A stretch of DNA of 63,997 bases, filler included, from Octopus bimaculoides (GCF_001194135.2; 8 parts of 8 records of this genome joined end to end with filler, not necessarily neighbours in it), one strand, 5' to 3'. Shown: positions 24,586 to 37,009, numbered from the whole stretch's first letter. Numbers and translations are program-made. The notes: generated by a model not told the origin, from the sequence alone.

Positions 24586-24949
24586 ATGTGTGTGTGTGTG
24601 TGTTTGTGTTAATAATATTTTAGAGTGAACTAGAAAGGAAATAAATGTCATGAATAGTAAAGGCGACATATCTCTTTTTATCTGTATTTTTAAATGCAAA
24701 TTAGATTTTTCTTCGAAGTAACGTTCAGGGGTGATTCTAAGTACTGTTAGCAATTTCTTATCCTCCTGGGACTCATTCCTCTATGAATTATTCAGTACTT
24801 TTAACTAGAACGTGTTTTGTATTTCTAAGTATGTAGCTTTCCTGTTTTACACTAACTATAAATTTATGCTTTACTGTCTTCCATACTTCTCCTGTGCAAA
24901 CCCTTTCCCGAAGCAAACTGCTTGTTTATTTAAATTTTAAAAATAGACA

Positions 24950-25340
24950 TATTTTATCTCGTACTTGTTTTAGTCATTAGACTGCGACCATGCTGGTGCA
25001 CCGTCTTGATGAGTTATAGTCGGACGAATTGACCCCAGGTCTTGTATTTCTTTAAAGCCTGTTATTTATTGTAGCAGTTTGTTTTACGGACCCGCTGACT
25101 TACGAGGACGTAAACACACCAGCATCGGTTGTCAAGCAATGGTGGAAGAGGACAACCGCAAACACAAAGACACACACACACATAAGATGGGCTTCTTTCT
25201 GTTACCGTCTACCAAATCCACATATATGTCTTTCGCCAGTCCAAGAGTATAGTCTAAAAACCTACCTGAGGTGTCATGCAGTGGGACTGAACCCACAACC
25301 ATAGGTTGGCAAGCAAACGTCTTAACACCCATTCACGCCT
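24950..25340 (-). mobile_element. SINE family B, near full length, diverged
   Basis: Contains head, short (TG) tract and tail in the order predicted from the partial copies. Confidence 0.88.
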
Positions 25341-25440
25341 TTTATACATATTTAGAAACATTTTGGAATGCGATTATATTTCCTTTTGTCATGAGATGAA
25401 ATTATTGCACGATATTGGAATAACGATGACTGTCCGCTTC

Positions 25441-25668
25441 AGAAGCTTCCTTCCCAACCACGTTGCTTCGGAGTCCGTTCCACTGAACTTAGCGGTATTT
25501 CGCCCGTCTCTGCGTCTTAAGTTCCAATAACCCATTGGTCGATTTTGTCTTTCGTCCTTTCGGGGGCCGATAAATTAAGTACCAGTGAAACACTGGAGGG
25601 CGATGTGATCGCCTAGTACCCTCCCACAAAATTGCAGGCCTTCTGCGTATTGTAGAAAGGATTATTAA
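25441..25668 (+). mobile_element. Chimeric SINE: family B head joined to family A body
   Basis: AGAAGCTTCCTTCCCAACCAC...TTCCACTG (B) followed by CTTAGCGGTATTTCGCCCG...GGCCGATAAATTAAGTACCAG (A). Confidence 0.7.
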
Positions 25669-26215
25669 AAGAAAGAAAGCATTTATTACCATTGAACAAA
25701 TTATAAAATATATAGTGAGAAAAAATGCTAACGTATATCTTTATCATGAGAAAACATTTTTGCGTGATATCTCACGAAAAATGCCTTAACAAGGCGAGTG
25801 ATGTATTAGTTCTTTCATAAAATGATGTAATATATTTATATATTCTCTGTGTTTCTTGAAACGTATTCTAAAAGAAATAACAATTTCTGTAACTGAGCAA
25901 ACTATAAAATATGTATTTGGATGAAATTCGAATGTAAATCCTTGTTATCAGAAGAAATTTTTCTATATCTCCCGGAAAATGCGTTAGTTTTAATAAAAGA
26001 TGTAGCATTTACTATCATTGAAAGAATGAGAAAATATTTATCAGACAGAAAGAAGTTAATGAAGTAATATATCTGTCGATTATTCTTTTCTTTGGCGCCT
26101 AAATTCTTGACACAAATGTAGGGGCGCTTCATGACATTCGGTGTTTGGGGCATTTTTAAATATGACAGAACATATCCTACACGTCTGAGAGCAGTCGATA
26201 TTTCTGGTGACTGAA

Positions 26216-26252
<37 letters not shown>

Positions 26253-26264
26253 GAGAGAGAGAGT

Positions 26265-26304
<40 letters not shown>

Positions 26305-26548
26305 TAGCTCCAACAATAGCCGGGAAGTGAACTTTGAAACGGATCGGCGTCCAATCCAAGGGGCAGGGCTTGTTATAATCTCAGTAATTTATTACGCATG
26401 CGCCATGGAAACCGTGTTAAGACTCTGCTATTTCGAACATAGTCACATGGCTACACATCTTGAGAATGTTTTTTCTGCGGGCGACACCTCTACGCATTTG
26501 GAGATGTTATTCCACATGACAGCTATTATTTTAAGAATGCCTTAAGTC

Positions 26549-26630
26549 TGCGAGTGGGCAATGTCGTTCCCACGTCGGACAAAATGCACAGCGGTATTTC
26601 CTCCGGCTTTACATTCTGAGGTTAAAATTC
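26549..26630 (+). mobile_element. SINE family A, 5' fragment
   Basis: GGACAAAATGCACAGCGGTATTTCCTCCGGCTTTACATTCTGAGGTTAAAATTC. Confidence 0.7.
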
Positions 26631-26631
26631 G

Positions 26632-27092
26632 TTCAAGAACCCTGCGAAGAATTCTTACAATGCTGATTTTTGTAAGTGCTCTACCTCACACTTGCACCGA
26701 TCTTTTTCCGCCATGTTGGTAGTTGAGTACTGATACTTCCAAGTGCACCAATTACTATTGGTATCATATCTATTCTCTTCATTGACCACAACCTTCGTAT
26801 TTCTCACTTCAAATCCGTCATAGTTGTTTATTTTTTCTACTTCTTTCACATTGATCCTGTTGTCACCGGAGCATGCTATGTCGATTACTATACATGTTCT
26901 TTCCTTTTTATTCACCACAACAACGCCCGGTTTCCGATGTCTAGTTGGATGATCGCATTGTATCATTGCATCCCACAGGATTTTGCAATTCTCATTTTTG
27001 GTGATTCCATCTTGAGTTTGCTCATACCATGTCTTTGCTCTTTGTAAGCCGTGATTTCCACAGAACTCCCAAAGGATCATTCTTGCCACATT
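26632..27092 (-). mobile_element. R4/Dong-like non-LTR element, restriction-like endonuclease (REL) fragment
   Basis: KILWDAMIQCDH..RHRKPGVVVVNKKERTCIVIDIAC.GD.RI..KE.EK, then after a frameshift WEIRRLW...IPIVIGALG...KVEHLQKSALL. This is PD-(D/E)xK REL architecture. Confidence 0.85.
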
Positions 27093-27099
27093 GTCAAAA

Positions 27100-27300
27100 C
27101 AGAATCGTTAGTACGCTGAACAAAACGCTTAGCGGCATTTCCTACGACTTTACGTTCTGAGTTCAAATTCCGACGAGGTTGACTTTGCCTTTGGTCCTTC
27201 GGGGTCGATAAAATAAGCACAAGTTGAGTACTGGAGTCAATGTAATCAACTATTCCCCTACCCCAAAATTGCTGGCCTTGTACCGAAATTTGAAATCAAT
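27100..27300 (+). mobile_element. SINE family A (5' truncated)
   Basis: B-box GAGTTCAAATTCC, core and tail present. Confidence 0.9.
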
Positions 27301-27512
27301 GGCACCGAGCTGGCAGAATCGGTAGCACGCTGGACAAAATGCTTAGCAGTATTTCGCTCGTCGCTATGTTCTGAGTTCAAATTCCACCGAGATCGACTTT
27401 ACTTTTCATCCTTTCGAGGTCGATGAAATAAGTACCAGTTGAGTACTGGGTCTCGATGCAATCGACTATCCCCCTCCCCGAAATTTCAGGCCTTGTGCCT
27501 ATAATAGAAAGA

Positions 27513-27515
<3 letters not shown>
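27301..27515 (+). mobile_element. SINE family A with (ATT)n tail, head-to-tail with the previous copy
   Basis: GAGCTGGCAGAATCGG...GAGTTCAAATTCC...GGCCTTGTGCC...(ATT)n. Confidence 0.9.
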
Positions 27516-27553
<38 letters not shown>

Positions 27554-27569
27554 GTATGTGTGTGTATAT

Positions 27570-27771
27570 GTTTGTGTGTCTGTGTTTGTCTCCCCCAACA
27601 TCGCTTGACAACCGATGCTGGTGTGTTTACGTCCCCGTAACTTAGCGGTTCGGCAAAAGGGACCGATAGAATAAGTACTAGGCTTCCAAGGAATAAGTCC
27701 TGGGGTCGATTTGCTCGACTAGAGGCGGTGCTCCAGCATGGCCACAGTCAAATGACTGAAACAAGTAAAAG

Positions 27772-27773
<2 letters not shown>
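27570..27773 (+). mobile_element. SINE family B, 3' half
   Basis: Nearly identical to 4557-4764. Confidence 0.9.
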
Positions 27774-27807
<34 letters not shown>

Positions 27808-27820
27808 AATAATAATAATA

Positions 27821-28028
27821 AGGTGGCGAATTGGTAGAATCGATCAAAATGCGTAGCAGCATTTTTTCTGGCTTTACGATTCCGAGTTCAAATGCTGCTG
27901 AGCTCACGTTTGCTTTCCATCTTTCCGGGGTCGATAAAAATAAGTACCAGTTGAGCAATGGGGGTCAACGTAATGGACTAACGCTTCTCCTCAGAATTTT
28001 CTGACATTGTGCCAAACTTTGAAACCAT
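27821..28028 (+). mobile_element. SINE family A, diverged, after (ATT)n(AAT)n
   Basis: GGTGGCGAATTGGTAGAATCG...GAGTTCAAATG...GGGGTCGATAAAAATAAGTACCAGTTGAGC. Confidence 0.85.
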
Positions 28029-28616
28029 TTTAAGAATACCAGGAAGAAATGAGATCAAAATTATTCTCAGTATACTTAAATCTTGGAATATAAAGACATT
28101 TTACCATATCCCACATTGTATATTGTTTAGTACAGAATGGGGCTTCGCTCATCTGCGGACAAATTAAAGCAACTCCATTATTCAACTTGTTTTAAGTGGT
28201 CTTTTAGTTTGACGTATTCTAGTAGATTAAAAGTACCACAGATATCTAAGCAGTTACCAACAGTTCTAAAATAGAACAATTAGATAATCTAATATTTAAA
28301 CCTAATTAGCTTCCAACACCTTTACTTGTTTCTAAATTAAACTTTTTATTGATTTTTGTGTTTTTTACGAAGATAAATAATTGATGTTTCTGACCGTGCT
28401 AACGTCTTTTAGAATTCTAATACACACACTAGGCCACTGTTATATATATAANNNNNNNNNNNNNNNNNNNNNNNNNNNNNNNNNNNNNNNNNNNNNNNNN
28501 NNNNNNNNNNNNNNNNNNNNNNNNNNNNNNNNNNNNNNNNNNNNNNNNNNNNNNNNNNNNNNNNNNNNNNNNNNNNNNNNNNNNNNNNNNNNNNNNNNNN
28601 NNNNNNNNNNNNNNNN

Positions 28617-28653
<37 letters not shown>

Positions 28654-29197
28654 TCACCCACATATATACATATACATACATATGCTTACATATGTGTGTG
28701 TGTGCATGTATGTAAATATATATATGTGTGTATATACATATATAAGCATATAAATATTTTCATATTTGTATACATGTATATGTATACACACACATACACA
28801 CGCACATATATATATATATACATCTATATATGTATGCATTATATATGTATGTAAGTATATATATACGTGTGTGTGTGTATGGATACATGTATGCATGTAT
28901 ATATGTATATGTGTGTGTGTGTGTGTGTTTGTATATACGTACGTATGTCTATGTATATGTATGCATATGTATGTATATATTATATGTATGTATATGTCTA
29001 TGTATATGTATGCATATGTACGTACTGCAGACAAACTGATTTTCAATTAACAGTATTCATAATTGTTACTATTTCGCTTCTAAAGTTGTCAGTAGAATTG
29101 ACAACAGGTAAACTTGTTCATCGACTTTCCTTACAGACATGTCACCCTGAAACAATTAGCTGAGTTTTATTTAGTTTTCTTCTATATATAAAACTAT

Positions 29198-29360
29198 GGC
29201 AGCGAGCTGGAAATAGCGTTAGTACGTCGAAGAAAATGCTTTGCGGCATTTCGTTCCTGCTTTTCTCTCTAACGTTCTGAGTTGAAATCTAGTCGAGTTA
29301 TACTTCTTAATCCATCCCTCTGGGGTTCGTTAAAATATAGTACCAGTTAAATACTGGGGA
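29198..29360 (+). mobile_element. SINE family A, decayed
   Basis: GGCAGCGAGCTGG...CGTTAGTACG...GTTCTGAGTTGAAAT...GTACCAGTT. Confidence 0.75.
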
Positions 29361-29377
29361 TGAATCCACTCACAACG

Positions 29378-29491
29378 TTTTAGTCGGCTCGGGACTATAG
29401 ATGAAGAAATTTATAGTGCCGCAAAAAGAATTGAACTCGGAATCTTGTACTTGTGAAGTAAACTTCTTACTACATACCAACGCATGCGCCT
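29378..29491 (-). mobile_element. SINE family B head, decayed
   Basis: Weak match to 10021-10150. Confidence 0.5.
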
Positions 29492-29591
29492 GGTACATGA
29501 AGGTATAATTAATCCTTAAGGCTGGGTATAAATAGCATATCTTTTCGTGCGGGACAAACAAAAAGGTAAAGAAAAATACAAGTTGATAATC

Positions 29592-29711
29592 CTTTCTCCT
29601 ATAAGCACAAGTGCTGAAATCTGAGGGAAGGTGATAGTCGATTACATCGAGCCCCAGTACGTAACTGGTACTTAATTCATCGACCCCGAAACAATAAAGG
29701 CGAAGTCGACC
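29592..29711 (-). mobile_element. SINE family A, 3' half
   Basis: AGTCGATTACATCGAGCCCCAGTACGTAACTGGTACTTAATTCATCGACCCCGAAA. Confidence 0.85.
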
Positions 29712-29833
29712 ACACACAGATACAAAACAGACATACATACACATACACAAGTATACATAGATACACATACACACACATACACACATACACACACATACAC
29801 ACATACACACGCATACACACATACACACACATA

Positions 29834-30097
29834 CCAGGTCATCCCATAAGTAATGTCCGGATCTAAAAAAAAACAAGGACAAGTGATCAAATCTTACATT
29901 TTAACGAAACTGAATCGTCATTATAGTTTCCACGATTATCTATGACATCCTTCCATCTACTCGTAAGCTTTTTAATCCCGTTAGTGAAAAACTCTTACGG
30001 TTTCGAAGAGAAGAACTTTCAAAGGTCAATTTCGACTTCTGTAGTTGTCTCGAGAATTAGTCCATCCAAATGATTATGTAAGCTACAGAACAATGGT
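29834..30097 (-). mobile_element. mariner 3' end fragment with TIR
   Basis: Minus frame LFCSLHNHLDG...KFFSSKP*EFFTNGIKKLTSRWKDVIDNRGNY. The terminus TA|CCAGGTCATCCCA matches the TIR at 62975. Confidence 0.88.
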
Positions 30098-30163
30098 AAA
30101 AAAAAAAACAAAGAAAAAACATAGAGGTCAGGACATCACTTATGTGATGACCTGATATATACG

Positions 30164-30311
30164 ACGAGATTCCACACAGTTTCCTTTCGCAAAATTCACT
30201 CTCAAAGCATTGATCAACTTCAAGTATCTACAGACGAAGATACTTGCTCACGTTGCTGCTCAGTGGGACTGAACTAGAAACCTTTTGGTTGCAAATTGAG
30301 CTTCTTAACCT
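30164..30311 (-). mobile_element. SINE family B 5' part, decayed
   Basis: CAGTTTCC...CAGTGGGACTGAAC...GCTTCTTAACC. Confidence 0.6.
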
Positions 30312-30718
30312 CTCACTATTTTATACACCACTTCTTTTCATGTATTCCTGTCACACACTAGTTGTTTACTGTTAGTATAAACTAATAATATTTACTAATA
30401 TCTTTTCAATTCTCCACATCATCTGTTTCTCTGCTTCATCTATTTCCGATGTAATTTTATCAATTTAGCTTTAGTTTATCAGTATTTACGTATTTAAAAT
30501 GGGAATATTTGATTACTTATTCTCTTGTTTTACGTATATCTGCTGCTTAATTGAGGAGAACGTGATTTTCTATTTGAGATTTCTGGATAACAACATTTGT
30601 CTTTTACCATTTTTTGAAAAATAGTTTATTTGTTTCCGTTATGGAACTAGCGGCCAAGCAGGGAAACCGCTTTAAAAGGTGGAGTCGAATTTATCTAACC
30701 CAGTACTTATTTTTAAAA

Positions 30719-30769
30719 TTCCGGCCCTTATTCTATCGTTGCCTTTGCCAAAGCGCTACATTATGGGAA
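30719..30769 (-). promoter_or_regulatory. Candidate ETS core plus ZNF143/Staf (SBS)-like site
   Basis: Reverse complement of 30753-30769 is TTCCCATAATGTAGCGC, close to the SBS consensus TWCCCAYAATGCAYYGCG. TTCCGG lies at 30719-30724. Confidence 0.3.
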
Positions 30770-31724
30770 TGTAACAAAACCAACACAGGTTTCCTCTGTC
30801 ATTTCCTCTCTTTCTCTCACCCGCTCACGTCCTCATTTTCTTCCCTTTCTCTTCCTTTTTCTCTTCCTTCCACTTTATTTCTTCCTCTCTCTCCCACTCG
30901 CTTCAACACACACTCATCCTCCCACTCTCTTTTTTCTTCCTTCTTGCTCTTTCTCTCTCTTCTCTCTTTCTCTTCCGAACTACGTGTCTGAGCGCACGCA
31001 CTGATATGTACATGCATGTGTGCGTCAGTGCGTGTCTGCCTTCGATGCCAAGAAATTTATCGCAAAAATTATAACCAAGAACAAATAGAAAAAACCATTG
31101 CAAAAGCAGGATTAGCGCCCAAGCTGCCGCACGAAATGACCGGTAACCAAAAAAGTGCGCTATATGGCTGACACAGATATAGCGGCGCCATATAATCGGC
31201 GTGCAGGCAACTTGATAAAAGTGGTTTTTGCCCAAAAGGTTACGCTTATCATCCCATTCCAATCTACCCGGTTAGCTACTACAGAGAACAATGCTTAGCA
31301 CAAATCTATGACAGTAGAGAAGATAATTATCTGATTAACTCAAGTAGAATAGACGAGAAACGAAATAAAATTAAAGAAGAAATTGGCATAAAAGTGAAAG
31401 AAGTACAAAAGGTGTTTAAGGTGCAAGCAGTAATGTATCTGGAGGATAAATTACATGCTTGGAATCGAATTCAATATATTTTTCTGTCGAATTCCTTGAA
31501 AGTGGATAAAAAAGAGAGAATACGAAAAACGCAACTGCGGCACCTGGGAGTGAATGATAGCTGATGCCTTTATATAATAGTCTTTTTTTATATATTTATA
31601 TTTTCTTATATTCTTTTTTTGGCGTGGAGGAAGGGGGTTTCTTTCATTTGGTTGCTTTGTTTCTGATTTTAACATTTTCCCTGTTGTTGACAGGAAAATG
31701 CATCAATCAAAGATTCCTCGGCTA

Positions 31725-31727
31725 AAG

Positions 31728-31770
<43 letters not shown>

Positions 31771-32255
31771 TGATGATGATGATGATGATAATGATGATGA
31801 TAATGATGATGATGATGATGCTGGCGATGATGCTGGCGATGATGATGGTGATGATGATGGTGATGATGATGGTGATGATAAATAGTAAAACAAAAACACT
31901 AGTCATAATAATAGTAATGACAGGATAAAACAATACTATTCATACAACAACTACTACTGCTGCTGCTGCTACTACTATTACTACTACCACTACTACTACC
32001 ACTACTACTACCACTACTACTAATAATTATTATAATGATAATAATAACGACAGTGATAATAATAATAATAATAATAAAGAGGAGGAGAAGAATTATAATT
32101 AACATGAAAATCATAATAATAACTATACTATACATAATAATGTTAATATTAATGAAAATGATGATGATGGTGATGATGTTGATGATGATGAGAATGATGA
32201 TGATGATGATGATGCAGAAAATAATTATAGTAATGATGGTGGTGATATTATAGAT
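31725..32255. repeat. Large compound trinucleotide array (AAT/GAT/GGT/ACT/GCT)
   Basis: Directly visible; it produces the poly-I/M/S ORFs in the track. Confidence 0.95.
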
Positions 32256-32430
32256 GTTCTATTGGCTGTTGGTGGAAATGATGAATTCCTTTCAGGCAAC
32301 ATTGTGACATGCATTCAGAGAAAGGAAAAATAGATTCACACGGAAAAATGGCGGACGGGTTAAAAATTTTCAATAAATTTAAAAGGCGTCATGGAAAAGA
32401 AGTCTGTGATTCTCTTGGCATTCACAGACA

Positions 32431-32479
<49 letters not shown>

Positions 32480-32840
32480 ACAGAGACACACACATACTGG
32501 TGTACTTAAGTACTGGAATACACATCTAAGCACGCACATCCGTACACATGTATGTTCACGCATACATAAGCATACACACACCTGCATATACATACACGCG
32601 TACATATACATACATATACATACATATTCATACATACACATACATATACATACTCTTACGTATACATACATATACATACACATACATATATATAATTATA
32701 TATATATATATATATACATATATGTATGTATGTATGCATAATGTTTATATATATTGCACATGTGTATATATATGCATATATTTATGTATATATATGTGTA
32801 TATACGCATATCAATACACATACACATATATATATGTATG

Positions 32841-32907
<67 letters not shown>

Positions 32908-33129
32908 GTCACGCGGAAGGTTCATACATAGATGTATTTATACATGCGAATAGATATAAAACTGTTTATATACGCGCTATTTATACATGCGCATCACACA
33001 GACACACGTTACAAGAATACTCTCATATACATCTCATGCAGACATGTGTATATATATGCATATATATAAATATATTTATGTATATACATATATATATATA
33101 TAAGCATATGTATATGTGTATGTATATAC

Positions 33130-33181
<52 letters not shown>

Positions 33182-33814
33182 NNNNNNNNNNNNNNNNNNN
33201 NNNNNNNNNNNNNNNNNNNNNNNNNTTAATTAATTAANNNNNNNNNNNNNNNNNNNNNNNNNNNNNNNNNNNNNNNNNNNNTATATATATATATATATAT
33301 GAAAGCACATTTCCACATATGTTGTGTATAATTCTGAATGCATCTGCTAGAAGTATATATTTGCATACCTTGTGAATTATCTCTGTATATAGGAACAAAA
33401 AACAACAAGGATCGGTTAATATCCACGTTCTTTCCTATCATTTTTCCTGAATGATGCGCTGCAGTTTTCAATTTTGACACATACATATACACTCAAAAAC
33501 ACACACAGATATACACGCACACACATACACAAACATACATATTTAGTGACAGATGTATAATTTGAGCTACAGAAGTGACAGAGAGTTGATAGACTGTCGA
33601 GATATCAAATAATATAAGCCTCTTTAATAATTTTAGTAATATAAAACATGCTGAAGACAGCAGTAATAGAATTTCTTCTTCTACATTATCTGTGACAAGG
33701 CGATTCAACAAGCAATATGCTAGAAATATCCCCTTAAGACTAAATGTGTGCTTTTACATGTTAGCATCATCTGCCAGAAAGAGTCACCAAAATATTTTTA
33801 GTCACAATCTGCAG

Positions 33815-33863
33815 ACTTAAAATATGAAGAAAATAAACATCAAGATGTCTTGCTCTAGATATG
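33815..33863 (+). other. Candidate small exon
   Basis: TTTTTAGTCACAATCTGCAG| acceptor and strong donor ATG|GTAAGT. Confidence 0.2.
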
Positions 33864-34960
33864 GTAAGTCTTAAATGCATATACAATGGTAACCAGTAGA
33901 CTTTTCATTTAATTATAGCCTAAATACACAGTGATAAATGTGTAGCATTTTACAGATAATAGAAATGAATGTTTCTCGCTGATAGTATATAATAGCCAGT
34001 AGATATTTGTTCTACATACTTCCTTTAAAAAGTGTGTTAGATTTTACGACCAACGAAGCTAAAATTAAATTTATCCCTCATTCATCTAAAAACAAGATTA
34101 ATACCAGATAAAGGTTATGAGGTCGTTGAAATTACTTCTAGTAGCACTATAAAGTTGTAGCTACCACAGTTTTGGAAATATTTTTGATCAATATTTCCAT
34201 GTCTTATCTTAAATATTGTTAAACACAATACAAAAACAAAACAAAAAATGTAAATGTTCTCTACTAAATTATGTGATAATTGTTAGGTGATTTAACAAGC
34301 CAAATCAGAAGCAGCAGTCGAAATAAATCATTATAATGTCATTTCTCGTGTCATCCTTTATTTAAATTTGCAAATATTCTGACAAGGAAAGTACGAATTC
34401 TCATAAAATGCTGTAATTTAACTCGACATCCACATTTTAATTGAATTCAAAGCTCTCATGAATACAATGCAAACATAAAAATTTATATGCGTTTGTTTTA
34501 ATGCATTGGAAATATTTCTGGAAAATTCCAGCACAGTTGGAGGTTTAAATTAAAATGCGGTAGGGTATGATGATTATATAGGTGATTATATCTACATATG
34601 TAAAGCTTTAATGCGTAATTATTTTTAATAGATTTTGACTATGTAATGGTTTGATTCAAACATCTTAAGTAGAGCTTGAAATGTTTAATACAGGATTGCT
34701 AAAATGCTTTTAACGTATTTAATTTCGCTATTAGTAGTTGTTTGGGGTAATGTTACGCATAGTACATAAATGATGATACCTTTCAAGTTAAAGTTTCGTA
34801 GGGATTTATTTTTAAAAAACGAAAACTTGATAAGTAAATGAGATCATTTTTGTGATTTTGTTTTTTAATTTAAAAATTGGTCGGACAAGTCTCTTTTTTC
34901 CGGAAAAGTAAAAGTTTGATTAGGTAAATAAAACTAAAATAAAGAATAATTTTAGACATA

Positions 34961-35007
<47 letters not shown>

Positions 35008-36934
35008 ACTCACACACACATATATAATGGAAATATCGTGGCTGTCAATATATCAATCGTTTGGTTAAATATCCATTGTATTGTTAAGTAGATATTAATG
35101 TATTTGCCGCTTGGTGTAATTGATCAGAATGAATCTAATATAATAGGTTTAGAGTCAAAGTATTACACTATAGAATATATTTGACTTTGTTGAGACATTA
35201 CGTGTAGTCCGAGAGAGTAATGTTCATATCGAAATCGTTATAAATGTATGCGTCGAAATGGAGACATTATACCCAATATTTTGAACGTACATTTATGGTT
35301 ATGATACGCGTATAAAGTTCATGATTATTCATTGTATAATGCCTTTTAAATAGTCTTTACAGCAATGCTTAAAATGTGTGTTTAGTAAAACATACCCGTT
35401 GTGATATTTAAAGTTTCTTTCACGACATCCAATAAATATGAGGAACGAAAGAAATACAGAACATAAAATTTCTGTTAGTTTCGCATAAATGACAGGCTTA
35501 ATATGAGGCTGTTCAAAATACTGACTTGCTTATTCTATCATAGACTTGTATTAACTTTTCAGTATAGTCGTTTACATTCTTAGACCAGAACAAATAGTAT
35601 AATTTTAACGCAATATGAAAAAAAAAAATTATGGTAATTATTATAAGTCGTCGGTAGCATGTCTAAAACTATAAAGATAAGTAAAATCACAATGCTGTAG
35701 CAATAGAACTCTTGGAAAGCTACGGATAAAATTGGCAACAGTATTCAATGAATAATTTGAATATTGATGAAACATAAATTGTATTAGCGGTATACTCTTC
35801 TGTTTGAAGAGTCAAAGTTTAATCATTAATGATTTCCGTAATCACACAACAAAATAATATATTTTATGTGTAGGGAGATGTGTAGTCACGTTAATCACGC
35901 AGGGAATATTGATTTGAGGTAAAATTGAAGATAGTGAGAGAACGAAGTAGGTCTCATGAAATTTAGTATACAACTGATTAGGAAACACTTGGCATATAGA
36001 GTAACAAGCAATATCTTTATTGGCTAGTTGTTAATACACCGTTCCAAATAAGTTTGATTTTATGTAAAATAATTTTACATCAACTCTGCCTGTTTGTATA
36101 CACATAACATAAATGTATCAACGCTAATGCTATTATTTGGCAAAGGTTTACAATGACTGAATCCACACAGCTGTATTAACAAAGCTTAACTGAAGCAATA
36201 AATGACTCTGTAAGCGATGACATGACCTGGAAGTTGCATTCATTCTCTACGTTTTTATAAAGAAGAACACATTGTATAATGTTGTACTTGATGAATTATG
36301 GCCTAAAGAATGACAGGCAAGTGCCTCTTTCGAAAATGCTGGATAAGAATTTTTTAAAAATCAATGCTTAAATACTTTTGATATTCTGCCAAAGTATTGT
36401 CGTTAAAGTTTTGTATTTGAATCTAATGTGTTTCTTATTAACTATTCCTAATTGTAAGCGGAGACCTTTAATATTATTTGAAATATGCTAAATCCCTTTA
36501 ACATCGTCAATATGCTATAAAAAAAAAGGCTAACCCACCCCTTAGCATTATCCTAGTAATTTTCGTACATTTCATCTACTTCTGAATCTGTGACAATTTT
36601 ATATTGGGTTAAGTAATTTTAACTTTCACGGAGTAGCGATTGTGGATATTTTTTGCAAAGATAATATATTTTTTATTTGAGTATTATTCTCAAAGCAAAC
36701 CTTTGGTACACCTGGTTATTCGATACATCCTATTTGCTGACAATTTCATATTAAAAATCATAATCTTCTCAGAATTGGTATAATAGAGATTTTCTTTATC
36801 GCTTTAATCTTTTTAAATGTTGAAAATTCTTAGTTATTGTTCTTCAAATTAATTCGTACAAAACTTATGAACAGCCTTACCTCTTGAATCAAGTCCTCAA
36901 TATTTTTTTCTTTATCTCCAACGGAATATTTCAG

Positions 36935-37009
36935 ATAGTGCTTTTTATTCGATCCGTACTCAGACTTTTACGTTCATCAGAATCTTTTATTTTTAGTACA
37001 TATGCAACG
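36935..37009 (+). other. Candidate 75-nt exon (or 13-nt microexon 36997-37009)
   Basis: TATTTCAG| acceptor and ACG|GTAAGC donor. Open in phase 0: IVLFIRSVLRLLRSSESFIFSTYAT. Confidence 0.2.
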
